A stretch of 20,000 bases of DNA. Origin: Piedraia hortae CBS 480.64 (taxonomy: Eukaryota). The position numbers and the translations under genes are program-made. Of the stretch, positions 1 through 9,904 are shown piece after piece; the first letter of the stretch is position 1, and each line of letters begins with the position of its first letter. The stretch covers positions 46,563 through 66,562 of the forward strand of contig MU006028.1 in assembly GCA_010093745.1 (NCBI GenBank). The letters run 5' to 3'. The notes under the pieces are model-generated. The model was not told the origin of the DNA. It ran no database searches and saw only the letters and a program-made list of their open reading frames with translations.

Positions 1-569
1 GAGGCCGTGGCCTTGGCGCAGCGGCTGGAGAAGCACGATTTGGTCTTCTTCCGTCAAATCGCGGCAAGCATCTACAGGAAGAACAAGCGATGGGACAAGA
101 GCATACAGCTATCGAAGCAGGATAAACTGTATAAAGACGCCATCGAGACCGCGGCCATGTCTGGCAAGCCTGACGTTGTTGAGGAGTTGTTGCGCTATGT
201 AAGTGTACTGTCATCTGATGAGCTAACCTTACTGACAAGACACAGTTTGTCGACATTGGCAGCAAGGAGTGTTATGTCGGAATGCTGTATGCCTGTTACG
301 ACCTCATTCCGCTGCACACGGTCATGGAGATTTCATGGCGTCATGGCCTGAACGACTTCACCATGCCGTTCATGATCAACTACATGGCACAACAGGCATC
401 GACAATTGAGCAGCTCAAGAAAGACAACGAGGAGCGTAAGGCTCGGGAAGCGGAAAACAAAAAGGATGAAGATACGGGCCCAATCCTCAGCCAGAGCAGA
501 CTCATGCTCACCCAGGGCCCGCAGCCCAATGGAATCATGCCGCAGCCGACGGGTTTCAGTAGTTTCTAG
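1..569 (+). CDS. CHC1: Clathrin heavy chain, C-terminal part (5'-partial; exons <1-198 and 246-569)
   Basis: Spliced translation ...LAQRLEKHDLVFFRQIAA...KDAIETAAMSG..VVEELLRY|FVDIGSKECYVGMLYACYDLI...SWRHGLNDFTMPFMIN matches the clathrin heavy chain C-terminus. Intron 199-245 (47 nt, GTAAGT...CTGAC...CAG) joins the two track ORFs in frame. Confidence 0.96.
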
Positions 570-870
570 GAAAGAAGTTTGACTAATAAGGGTCCATTGC
601 GGGTTGAGTCGGCCATGTATATTATGTTTGCGCTTTTTTATTAGTAATGAATGGTGTTGTTTGCAGTGTGGTGGGTAATTTTGCTCAGTGCAAGGCCCGT
701 GCGGAATAGTTTGTGTTATCTTGGCCAGGGGCCGAACGCATTTATCGTTCCTGTAATACGAGTTCTTCCCTACCTTCACACTGATTCACACACCCTTAGT
801 TTCAACATTCATAAACGAGAACACTACATAATCTCATCACCCCTCCCATCCCCAAATAACCTCAAAAAAA

Positions 871-3213
871 CTAATCAACCTCCTCCCTAAACTTCGTCCC
901 CCTCCTCTGCTTCGGCTCATCAAAATGATCTTTTGCATCCTGAAACTCATCCTCCTCCCCATCATCCTCTCCATCCTCCACCTCCTCCACCTGTCCCCTT
1001 TTCTTCCTCCCCCCAGCAGCAAAAGCAGCCGCATCCTCCGAGATCGCCTCATTAGAAGACTCTTCGCTCTCCTCCCTCTTCTTCGTCCTCATCTTCCCAA
1101 AAAGACCCATGAACCCACCCGTCCGTCCTTCTGACTCGCTCTCGGAGTCACTATGTCCAATATGCGAAATATGTCTCTCCAGATCCGGCTTCGAAGGAGC
1201 TACCGCCTGTCCTGGATCAGTGTAATGTCCTGAGACCCTCGACGTTAACGCTGGACGATGAGGAGAGAGGGATGATGAGGAAGAGGAGAGGTTCTCTTCC
1301 TCGGAGAGAAGGTCCGAGACCTTATCGCCGCTTTCGCGGTTTTGGGTCTGTGTGGGTTTGGATTTTCGATGGAGTTTCGTCGAGAGTCTACCTAGCATCG
1401 AAGCGCGCTTTTCGTCATCGACGCTTTCGGATTGTTTGCGGGCAAGTTTGTCTTCTTGTTTTTTGGCTTTGGAAGCGGCTTTTTCGTCGTGTTTTTCTTT
1501 CTTCGAGGCGGCTTTTTCTTCGTCTGTACATACAATTAGTTTGTTCCGATTTGGTTGGGGGGTCTTACGTCTCACTCGTTTCGTCTTCTCTTTCTCCTCC
1601 CTCTGTTTTGCCTTCTCCTCCACCCTCCTTCTCTCCCCTTCAACCTTCAACTTCCTAACCTCCTCATCCCTCTCCCTCCTCCTCTCCGCATTCTTACTGA
1701 TCTCCTCCAAGGTAGGCTTCAGCCTCTCCGCCGCAATCGCCTCAACCTCCGCTTGGGAAATATATCTCCCTCCACCAACATCCCTTTGTCCGGCTTGCGG
1801 AGCTGTCTGAGCAGCAGCACGTTCCTGCTCCTCCTTGGCGCGCTTCTGCGCTTTTTGCTCCCATTCCTCTTGTAATGCGGGCGGAACTTTTCCTGTGTTG
1901 GCGTAGACTTCCGCGTCGATGGACGCCATTTGGGTTTGGACTCGTTGAGAAGCTAATGCCATGAGTTTTGCGCGATCGGAGGACCGCTGCGCGGTGTCGA
2001 CTGCGGTGGTAAGGGCGGAGGTTTGGGCGCGGATTTGGCGGGCGCGTTCTTCGTCCGATGGGAGGGCTGCTTCGCTGTTGTTAATGCTGTTGTTGTGGCG
2101 GAGGGTGTGGGAGAGGCGGGATAGGCCTTTTTTTGGGGTGGGTTCACTTGGCAGGCCGTAGTATTCCCTGTATTTGGCTGATTCAAAGTTTTTGTCGATT
2201 TTGCGGAGACGTTCTTGTGCAAGTTTGTAGGCTTCGTCTTGTAGGTGCAGGTATTTTAAGGCTTCTTGTTTGATGTCTTTGGGTGGACTGGTTTGTTGTT
2301 TTGTGCTGGCGAGGTTGGCTGCTTCGCGGCTGGCGTCGGTTGGTGTGGGGAGGATTTTCTGGGTTTCGTACATTTGCTTTGCCATGGAGAGGGCTGATGC
2401 GCGCAGAGCAGCTTGGTGTCTTGTCTCCTCGGGGTTGATGTCGATGCCGGGGACCTCGGTGAAGTATCTAGGGTTGACGTGGAGATTTTTCACGCGAGCG
2501 ACTTGGTTGGCTTCCGAGTTCCATCCGTCTGGGGCGGTTTTAACGGAGTTTGAACGGTGGGATACTGTTGCTGCACTCAAGGCATTGCTTGCAGAGTTCT
2601 TTGCGTCGGGGTAATCTGGCACACCTTGAGGTGGTAACAGATCGGATTTGTCGAGTTTGGCAGATAGGGTGGCCGCTTTCAAGGCATTTTGTCTACCTTG
2701 TTGGGTGTACCCTTGATCGAGCTGTGGACTGAGATCTTTACTGTGCATGGCTAGATTGGCTGCTGAATTCCCGGCTTTGCTCGCAGACGGCTGCCAGAGA
2801 TCGACTTTGGCGCCATCTCTATGCGCCAAAATTGCAGCTTTGGAACCGGCTGCACTCTCCTCGGGATGCCAGAGCTCCTGCATTTTATAGTCTTTTGCCA
2901 TGAGAGCGGCTTTCCCAGCCGAGTCAGCGAGGCCACCATGACTCGGATAGGATGGTAAGTCCTGGGGTCGCGCATATTTCAAGGATGTCGCAGCACCTTG
3001 CCACTTTTGTCAGCAATTCAGCAACGTTCAATGACCGAACTTACTGTGCGAAGAGAGTTTGCCGTCTGGTCCGAGCACATTATCCTGGCCCGTGTGTCGC
3101 GCCGGATCGGTGGCATATAGCGCCGCACTTGAGGCTTGTTCGGCTAGCTGGTTACTGTGCTCGTGTGCCAATGGATCAGGACACGGTACGTCTCCTGGTC
3201 CTACGTGAGCCAT
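871..3213 (-). CDS. EIS1: Eisosome protein 1 (Eis1/Eisosome1-family)-like coiled-coil protein
   Basis: Exon 1 3045-3213 (MAHVGPGD...GKLSSH) and intron 2997-3044 (GTAAGT...GCTGAC...AAG) splice in frame into the 703-aa ORF (SAATSLKYARPQDLPSYP, AGKAAL, LWQPSAS, VGGGRYI..EVEAIA.ERLKPTLEEI). A second in-frame 45-nt intron is probable at 1524-1568. Family recognised from recalled motifs. Confidence 0.75.
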
Positions 3214-3265
3214 TGTGTCGTCTTATCCTGCTGACCCCTTCGTCGTGCCGAAGAATGCCAGGCAG

Positions 3266-3277
3266 CATGACGTCATG
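3266..3277. promoter_or_regulatory. Palindromic CRE/ATF-type site upstream of EIS1
   Basis: Perfect 12-bp palindrome CATGACGTCATG (core TGACGTCA) about 55 bp upstream of the EIS1 ATG at 3213. Confidence 0.35.
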
Positions 3278-3371
3278 GCTGGGTGGGGTAGCGTCATCTG
3301 CGTTTTAAGTTGTGAAATTAAGATATCTAGTGCTAGTAATCTACAAGACAGACGTTTCTTGAATAAACACC

Positions 3372-4245
3372 CTAATCCACCTCCACCAAGTGTACTTTGA
3401 CATTGAGCTGTTCTTCAAGGTCCCGCACAATCACGTCGATTGGAGTCATGTACGAGACTGGCAGGTAAGGATCAGTATTGCCGCCTAAGCCCAACCCAAC
3501 GGCATGAACTTCTCGCTTGGATGAGCCATCTCTTAGAAAAACTAGGCTTCCTGAGTCGCCGCCAGCAAGGAAGCAGTCATAGGCTCTGTCTGCGATCATG
3601 GCGCGGCAGATTGCAGACTTCTTGATCGGCTGCCCATGGTGAATGGGAGACCAGGGACATTCAGGTGAGGCTCAATCGCGTTGATTATACCGGTGGTCCA
3701 GCCAGTTGCGCGACCACACTTTGCCACGGCAAATTGCTGATCGAGGTCTATGTTCTTCAATGGTGCCACATTTGCAATGTGTGTCAGCTCAGTGCGATAC
3801 GTTCCATCTGGAAGATAGGGATAGGCGCAGCAAGTTGGGCGCAATTTGACTAAGCACCAACTAAGCACCCTGCCTTGCACCCTCTCCCAGAGCTTGCTGC
3901 CACATATCCAGAAATCCGATCTCTCTAGCGAATTACGGTCAGGTCCCCAAGGTATTTGGACTTCTTTTTCTGCAGTATGTTAATCTTCGCCTGCTTTGAC
4001 GGGCTCAGTTCCATTCACGCAACTTTCCTCCTTCCGCAAGTCATCGGAGTATTCCTGCAGACTTTTTTGCGTGTGACTTGCGCAGTCCTCATCGTCCTCA
4101 TTGGACGGGCTAACCACGGCAGGTCCGTCTTCCACAATACCCCCTTGCGGGTGATTTAAAGCACCAGAGCAAAGGACCTGCTCCGTGGTAATTCCAAATT
4201 CGCCCCGGGATTTGCCAGAGTGATCTTGAAGATACGGAAGCCACT
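3372..4245 (-). pseudogene. Trypsin/chymotrypsin-fold serine protease relic, copy A (3' half)
   Basis: Frameshifted fragments in the expected order: GITTEQV (His position, 4178-4195), PAVVSPSNED, GYVAASSG, VLSWCLV (Asp position), VAKCGRATGWTTG, GGDSGSLV (3546-3560), AVGLGLGG. The 5' side abuts the LINE fragment. Confidence 0.7.
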
Positions 4246-4249
4246 CCCA

Positions 4250-4700
4250 CGTCTTTGCTGCAAGTACGTTTGTCTTTTGAGCTTCTTTTTTGACGAGTCG
4301 AGGTGAGGGCGGAATTGTGGTTTTCTGTCCAACCAGACTCCTAAGAATCTAGCTGACTCAACCGGGTGATGACATTGTCGTTGAACATGATCATCTCCTC
4401 TCTGCACCGACAAATTCCAGTGAAATAGAGCAGCTGTCTTTCGAGATTAGAATTGCATTCCCCTGACCTTAGCCCATTCCACACACCTTCGCAGTAAGCA
4501 GTTGCTCCGGGTGTCCTTGCCGAAGCTGAGGATTTTAGTATCGTCGGCAAAGCGGACGATAATTATGACTCGAATCGGCTGTTGGTCTTGGACACAGAGT
4601 GTTGCAATGTGAAGCATTAATAGGATTGGTGACAGTGGTCAGCTTCATGGTACCCTTAGTCCCAACTTTCCCTTCTCTAAGACACACAATCACCCCCCTC
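4250..4700 (-). mobile_element. Degenerate non-LTR retrotransposon (Tad1-like LINE) reverse transcriptase fragment
   Basis: VP*S*PLSPILLML (relic of GVPQGSPLSPIL; PLSPIL at 4621-4638), catalytic RFADDT (FADD 4540-4551) and ARFLGVWLDRKPQFRPH (FLGVWLD 4327-4347), with stops and frameshifts. Confidence 0.85.
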
Positions 4701-4859
4701 GTCAGATAGACTGTCCTCGGTCTATTTACTTATTTTCAGCCACATTCCATCTGCGACGCGTTTTCAGTCTCGCTGCAGTTTTGTTTTAGGTTGCGTTCGG
4801 TCGCCTTAAATCTAACGCTGGCTCCAGCGAGCTCGATGGGAACCGTGCCCGATTAGGAA

Positions 4860-5274
4860 GCGGCGCGACAACGTGACGCCCAGTTGCCAGGTTATCGTCA
4901 CAAAATGTTGCGAGGTTTTCCGGCGAACTTCAGAGGGGCCTTGTTGAACTTCCTGGCCCGAAGGTGTGCTTAATGTAGTCGTCCATGACTTCCTTCTCTG
5001 CCGTCGGGCAGCCTTTCTCATTGATGCACCAGCTCGACCTCTCTTTGATTCTTTTCCACACTGGATAATCGCTCTGCATTATTTGATATAGGTTCTTAGT
5101 AGCCTGAAGTGTGCAATGTGGCCGTCTGTCCTCTGCGATCGCTTTATGGACAACGTCCAAGGCGCTTGACCAAGCCTCGGGCTTAAAGCGGGAATTACTC
5201 TCTTTGCCCTCCAGTTTGGCTTGCTTAAGGGAAGTAATGAGAGTGATAGTAGACGCGGTGCACCATTTGAACAT
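4860..5274 (-). mobile_element. Myb/SANT-like DNA-binding ORF of PIF/Harbinger type (relic)
   Basis: FKW...LKQAKLEGKESNSRFKPEAW...QATKN...WKRIKERSSW....G.PTAEKEVMDDYIKH, continuing across frameshifts as ARKFNKAPLKF..NLATFCDDNLATG. No partner DDE nuclease recognised. Confidence 0.7.
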
Positions 5275-5759
5275 TGGCGCCCTGGCTTTATTTTGTGATG
5301 GTATGATTGGCTCGTGGTTGCGTGGTACATGTTGTGAAGAAATTAAAAGCGCGGAAAAAGAGGGTCTGGCCTAACTTTCTCTTCTTGCAATAAATCATGC
5401 CAACCTTTCCTCACTGGGTCAAGATTTATCGCTTTAAAGTCTTGGAATACCTTGAAATGCAGATTTTGAAGAGGTGAAAAACCTGAGGCGCCGAGAGGCC
5501 AGCCTTGGGGCAATGGAGTGGTGCTATGACGGGCGTGCGGACATTTTTCAGGACACGTATCTCCTTCTCGATCAGCGCTACCCGTTCGCAAGGATGTTCG
5601 CTTGGCGACGGGATCATTCGATGCTGGTTGAAAGCTTACGCAGCCCGTTCGCTAGGGCTCTGTCCGCATTGCGATCTTCTGTAAAGTAAGGCCACAAAGT
5701 GTGACGCTGAGAAGCGTGACAGTCCCGAAATATGCAATGGCGACCTTGTCCCGGTTTGA

Positions 5760-5889
5760 TGATGGCAGTTTCTAAGGGCGAAACTTCACCCTCATGGTTT
5801 GCTTGCTTCTCCCGAATAACCATTCGTTTCAAGTCTCCATTGGCCTTCTCTATCGTTCCATTATCACGAAGTCTGCTCGGCGTTTTCAT
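5760..5889 (-). mobile_element. Possible integrase-core C-terminal scrap
   Basis: KTPSRLRDNGTIEKANGDLKRMV resembles the P..NG..E..N..LK motif around the catalytic Glu of rve-type integrases. Upstream Asp motifs were not found. Confidence 0.35.
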
Positions 5890-6128
5890 GATGAATTTGG
5901 GTCACCCATAGTGAAGTGTCGGAGGGGTGAACCTCCGAGGACTAGAGCGGAGTGGATGTCAACGACGAAAGTTTTCACTCAACTTTTACTGAAAAAGGTA
6001 AAAATGTAATTGTCTATCTCTATGAGGTGAGGTTCGAAACCTCCCCCACACTACCTCAGTCTAACCGCATTTGCCAGGACAACGTCAGCGAACCATGCCC
6101 TTAAGCATGAACGAGATAATGACCCGTC

Positions 6129-7443
6129 TCAGGGAAAACTTCCTGGGCGGCGGCTGGGGTTGTCGGAGGGGTTGTCTAGTCCGGGGACAAAGTGGAATAC
6201 GACGTTTGCGGCTTGAATGGATTCAATCCAGCGGTTCATGCGTTTGTTGTCGCCTTTGGAGTTCCATTTTTCGGTGAGTAGCCTGTGGTCAGTGAAAAGA
6301 TCGACGGGTTGTGAGTTAGATTCGATGTAAGGTCGTAGGGCTCGGATGGCCCGGACGACCGCTAGCAGCTCGCGTTCAGAGGTATTGTAGTTTCGTTCTG
6401 CAGCGGATAGCCCTTTTGAGAGGACTGCGATGGGCTTGTCGTTCTGGAATGCCATCGCGCCGGTTGCGAATCCGGAAGCATCAGTGTAGATGCGCATGGG
6501 AGCTGTCGGTTCGTGAAGGTGGAGCGGTGTAGCGTCCGCTAGACATGTTTTGATAGCTTCAAAAGCCGATTGGTGCTGGGGGAGCCATTGGAAGGGCCGC
6601 CAGTGAGGGCGTACAATGGAGCCGCCGCCGTGGCGAATCCAGTGGAAAAGTCGCGGAACCAGTTAGCGGTCCCGAGATATTGCTGTAATTCCCTAATAGA
6701 TTCTGGCACTGGCCATGAGGAAAGGCCCATGATATCCGGGGATGGAGCGATGTAGGCGTGGCTGACCGCGTGTCCGAGATATTTCACCGTGGTTTGAGCG
6801 AGCTGGGCTTTCGATGCGGCGTGGTCTAGTCCGCGCGATTCGAGCAGGGCAAGGACCGCTTCCAGCTTGGCCGTGTGGTCATCAAGGTCGTCGGCGTAGA
6901 CGATTATGTCGTCGATGTATGCCGAAGCGAACGCGGAGACCGGGTGCAGAAGGTTGTCTATGAACTTCTGGAAGATTGGTGGACCATTGGTCACGCCGAA
7001 GGGCATGACGAGGTACTCATAGCAGCCTTGTGGAGTTTTGAACGTCGTGAGGCGTTCTTGGCCTGGAAGTATTTTGATATTGTAGAACGCATTTTTTAAG
7101 TCGAGAACAGAGAACACCTTTCCAGTTGCTGCTTTGCGTAGTAGGTCCATAAGCCGTGGAGCGGGTATTTGTCACGTTTGGTGATGGCATTAAGAGGCCT
7201 GTAATCGACGCAAAGGCGGAGTGACCCGTCTTTCTTCGGAACGAATAAGGGGTTGCAGCTAGTGGATGGCGAAGCCGGCCTGATCCAGTTGTTCTTTAGG
7301 CCTTCGGTAATGTATGTTGTCATGGCCCTGTCCTCGGGGATGGAGAGCGTGCGTAGGCGGCCGCCGTCGTTCATGTTGCCTTCAATTTCAAATGAACAGA
7401 CAGCAAGCTCTTGGGTGGACGCAAAGAACGGTTCCCCCAGGAT
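6129..7443 (-). mobile_element. Ty3/Gypsy LTR retrotransposon pol relic (end of protease, RT, RNase H)
   Basis: ILGEPFF (protease end); RT motifs PLFVPKKDGSLRLCVDYRPLN, LDLKNAFYNI, YLVMPFG, AYIDD, VKYLGH; RNase H motifs IYTDASG, ERELLAVV, FTDH. Frameshifts near 7155 and 6595. Cut at 7443 by the inverted-repeat element. Confidence 0.95.
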
Positions 7444-7795
7444 TGTTGGATTCAAGCATCGCCGCTAGCGCGTATGCAGGGCACTTGCATAGCAAGTCAG
7501 CGATACCTCCTACACTACCAGCTGCACCCTAGGTTTTTCCCTCACAGAGGTTTTCCCTCAGGGTCATGTCATATGTGACATGGTGAATACGCCCCGCTAG
7601 TGTACGACGTGACGTCACCGGCCCACCGGTACAGAATTTTCATTCTGAACGTCCCCTCATTGAAATAGTCAATTGACACTACCATACTGCAACTGGTATT
7701 TTTTGACTCACATACATCTACATCTTTCCTGTCCCTGATTCCGTCTATCGCTCCGTCCTCTTCAGGTCGCTGTGCACTCTCACCCACGAGATCTA
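7444..7795 (+). repeat. Left arm of long inverted repeat
   Basis: Manual alignment to the reverse complement of 9485-9834: 2 mismatches in the outer 214 bp and about 11 differences in the inner ~135 bp. Confidence 0.97.
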
Positions 7796-8150
7796 AATCT
7801 CTACAGAGGCTACGTTAACTGAACCCCAGTAGATCTTGCTTATCGCTCAAGATAGGGAAGGAGCGCCTGGATACCTTATCGGTTATTGACGTGCTTTGCT
7901 TCATCAGTGCATGAGGGCATCGCGGAAAGTGTAGGGTGGCCTGCGCGGTAGCTTAGGCGCTTGTCGATGCTGATTTCGGGCGTGCCAATGGATGCAGGAC
8001 GATTGATCTCTATGATGGACATGAATTTTCTGCGAGAACTGGACATTGGTTCCTTTGTCTCCATTTCGTGTTAGATGTAGATTTGCTCGAAAAAGTTGCT
8101 GCGTGGGCGCTATGCCCCCACTGCCCCCACAAAAATTTGAAGCCCCACCT

Positions 8151-8378
8151 TGTTACGGCGAGGCTGTGTGTGCGCGGGACGACCCGCGCCGCCTAAACGC
8201 ACAGGGAATTTGATACACCGACGCGCCCTGCTAGTTATTCATAGCTACGCTCGCTACCACGCGCGAATGGACGGCGCTTCTGGATTGGTTTATAGTATCC
8301 TAGCTTCCCAGTAGATAGCAGTCTGGATTGTCCTCGTTGTTGGGACTTATTGAACCCTTTCCTATGAGCACCGTAACA
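8151..8378 (-). mobile_element. Solo LTR (228 bp) with 5-bp target-site duplication
   Basis: 8-bp inverted termini TGTTACGG...CCGTAACA flanked by CACCT at 8146-8150 and 8379-8383. TATAAA on the minus strand (8289-8294) suggests the orientation. Confidence 0.9.
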
Positions 8379-8639
8379 CACCTAACCTCCTCTGGTTTAT
8401 GACATGATTCAGAACACGGCGTAGGTGAGCCTGATTTTTGGCTGAGAAACCTATGATAGCAGGTTATCTACAGACGAAGACTATTCTGATCAGCCACCGT
8501 GATGCTTTTGGTCGGAAGCCCTCGCGTGCAGAATGCAAGTTTGAATGGAAAATTGAGGTCGCTCGTGACCCAAGCTTGTGACTGGGCGTAATGAACTATT
8601 TATATCGCCCACATGCGTTGGCATATCCTTCCATTCTGT

Positions 8640-8777
8640 GGCTACCAGGAAGCGCGCCTTGTATTTTCTCGATGATACCATTTGGGGCTCTTTTAGCTTG
8701 TACACCCATTTGCCCCAAAGTATGGTTTTACTCTTGCTGATCACATCACACCGGTCCACAAGATGTCAGGTCTTGTC
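8640..8777 (-). mobile_element. Ty1/Copia reverse transcriptase N-terminal fragment
   Basis: DKT*HLV...ILWGKWVYKLK(R)APNGIIEKYKARFLVA (with compensating frameshifts) matches the Copia TW.LV...KWV.K.K...YKAR.VA motif. Confidence 0.85.
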
Positions 8778-8879
8778 GGGGTCTAGGGTCTTGGCTCACC
8801 TGCCACCAAAAACACTGCCGACAGGGGTGCGTGCTGATCCAGAGGTGAACATAGATCAGATGCTGCAGGGTTGCCTCCG

Positions 8880-9470
8880 AGAACAATACAAACACACCCA
8901 GACTTATTTGTGTCGTAGGTGGCATCCATCGCCACTTCCTTGACATCATTTTTGATCTTCGTGATGAGGGCTTCGGGGTAAATGGCCAGTCCCTTGTAGC
9001 CACCGAACTCGAGGGATTTAAAACGTGCGTCGCGCTCAGACAAGAGCTTTTAGCAGACGTAAGAGGGTCTGGATCTCTTCGCCACCGGCTGTTTTCGAGG
9101 AGCTACAAATATCTTATCTATTCCAGCGTCGCCTTTTCCTCCCATGCAGTTTGTCATCTCGGAGGCCTTGGACGATCTGTGCAGGTATCAAACGTGCAAT
9201 CTTGCTGGCAACATATGCCTTAACAAACATCGCTGAGGCTGACGTCGACCAATTTTTCGAGGTGGAAGTCGTTGATAGAGCATACGCTCCTTCAGTCTTG
9301 GGCATATGACCATGCGACTGGCGCATGGAAACAGTTCACCTTACGGCGCTGGCATTGGTGGTAGGTTAAAGCTCTCTGCTTCTTGGCCTTTGCGTTACTC
9401 TCGTCCTAGGTGCAGTTAAAGTTGTAGTACTTGTCGCCACTCGCGACAAAGCTCCGTCAGGTTTGAGTGG
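8880..9470 (-). mobile_element. Mutator-like (MULE) transposase relic, N-terminal half
   Basis: YYNFNCT*DES...VNCF.CASRMVI, NSRWRRDPDPLTSAK and KEVAMDATYDTNKSG (first catalytic Asp, D.TY.TN motif). Several frameshifts; truncated just after the first Asp. Confidence 0.75.
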
Positions 9471-9484
9471 TCCGTGTAGGTATG

Positions 9485-9834
9485 TAGCTCTCGTGGGTGA
9501 GAGTGCACAGCGACCCGAAGAGGGCGGAGCGATAGACGGAAACAGGGACAGGAAAGATGTAGATGTATGTAAGTCAAAATACCAGTTGCAGCATGGTAGC
9601 GTGAATGACTATTTTCAATAAGGGGACGTTCAGAATGAAAATTCTGTTCCGGTGGGCCGGTGACGTCACGTCGTACACTAGCGGGGCGTATTCACCATGT
9701 CACATATGACATGACCCTGAGGGAAAACCTCTGTGAGGCAAAAACCTAGGGTGCAGCTGGTAGTGTAGGAGGTATCGCTGACTTGCTATGCAAGTGCCCT
9801 GCATACGCGCTAGCGGCGATGCTTGAATCCAACA
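9485..9834 (-). repeat. Right arm of long inverted repeat
   Basis: Reverse complement of 7444-7795; ends ...GAATCCAACA at 9834. Confidence 0.97.
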
Positions 9835-9904
9835 GTCCGTAATAAATCAACGCGTTAGATCTCATTCGCTGTTGCCTTCACCTCCGCATGCTGAGGAGTA
9901 CCTA

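Larger units (their letters stand above)
7444..9834. mobile_element. 2391-bp composite unit bounded by ~350-bp inverted repeats (TGTTGG...CCAACA), containing MULE and Copia relics and a solo LTR
   Basis: Arms 7444-7795 and 9485-9834 are reverse complements. No target-site duplication (left flank ..AGGAT, right flank GTCCG..). Confidence 0.75.

Noticed and set aside
925..2732. Many + strand ORFs overlapping EIS1
   Set aside because: Antisense shadows of a low-complexity coding region; no recognisable motifs.
3300..3360. CTAG motifs as a possible Helitron 3' end explaining the co-oriented fragments
   Set aside because: No GC-rich subterminal hairpin, CTAG is not followed by T on the minus strand, and no Rep/helicase relic was seen.
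5426..5617. EKEIRVLKNVRTPVIAPL resembling protein kinase subdomains III-IV
   Set aside because: No other kinase motifs found nearby; too short to support a call.
7876..8064. AKHVNNR as a possible Copia RNase H (KHID.R) relic
   Set aside because: A single weak motif with no supporting context.
7431..9847. 8-11 bp MULE-type or 4-5 bp integrase-type TSD around the inverted-repeat unit
   Set aside because: The flanks (GTTCCCCCAGGAT and GTCCGTAATAAAT) share no direct repeat at any boundary tried.
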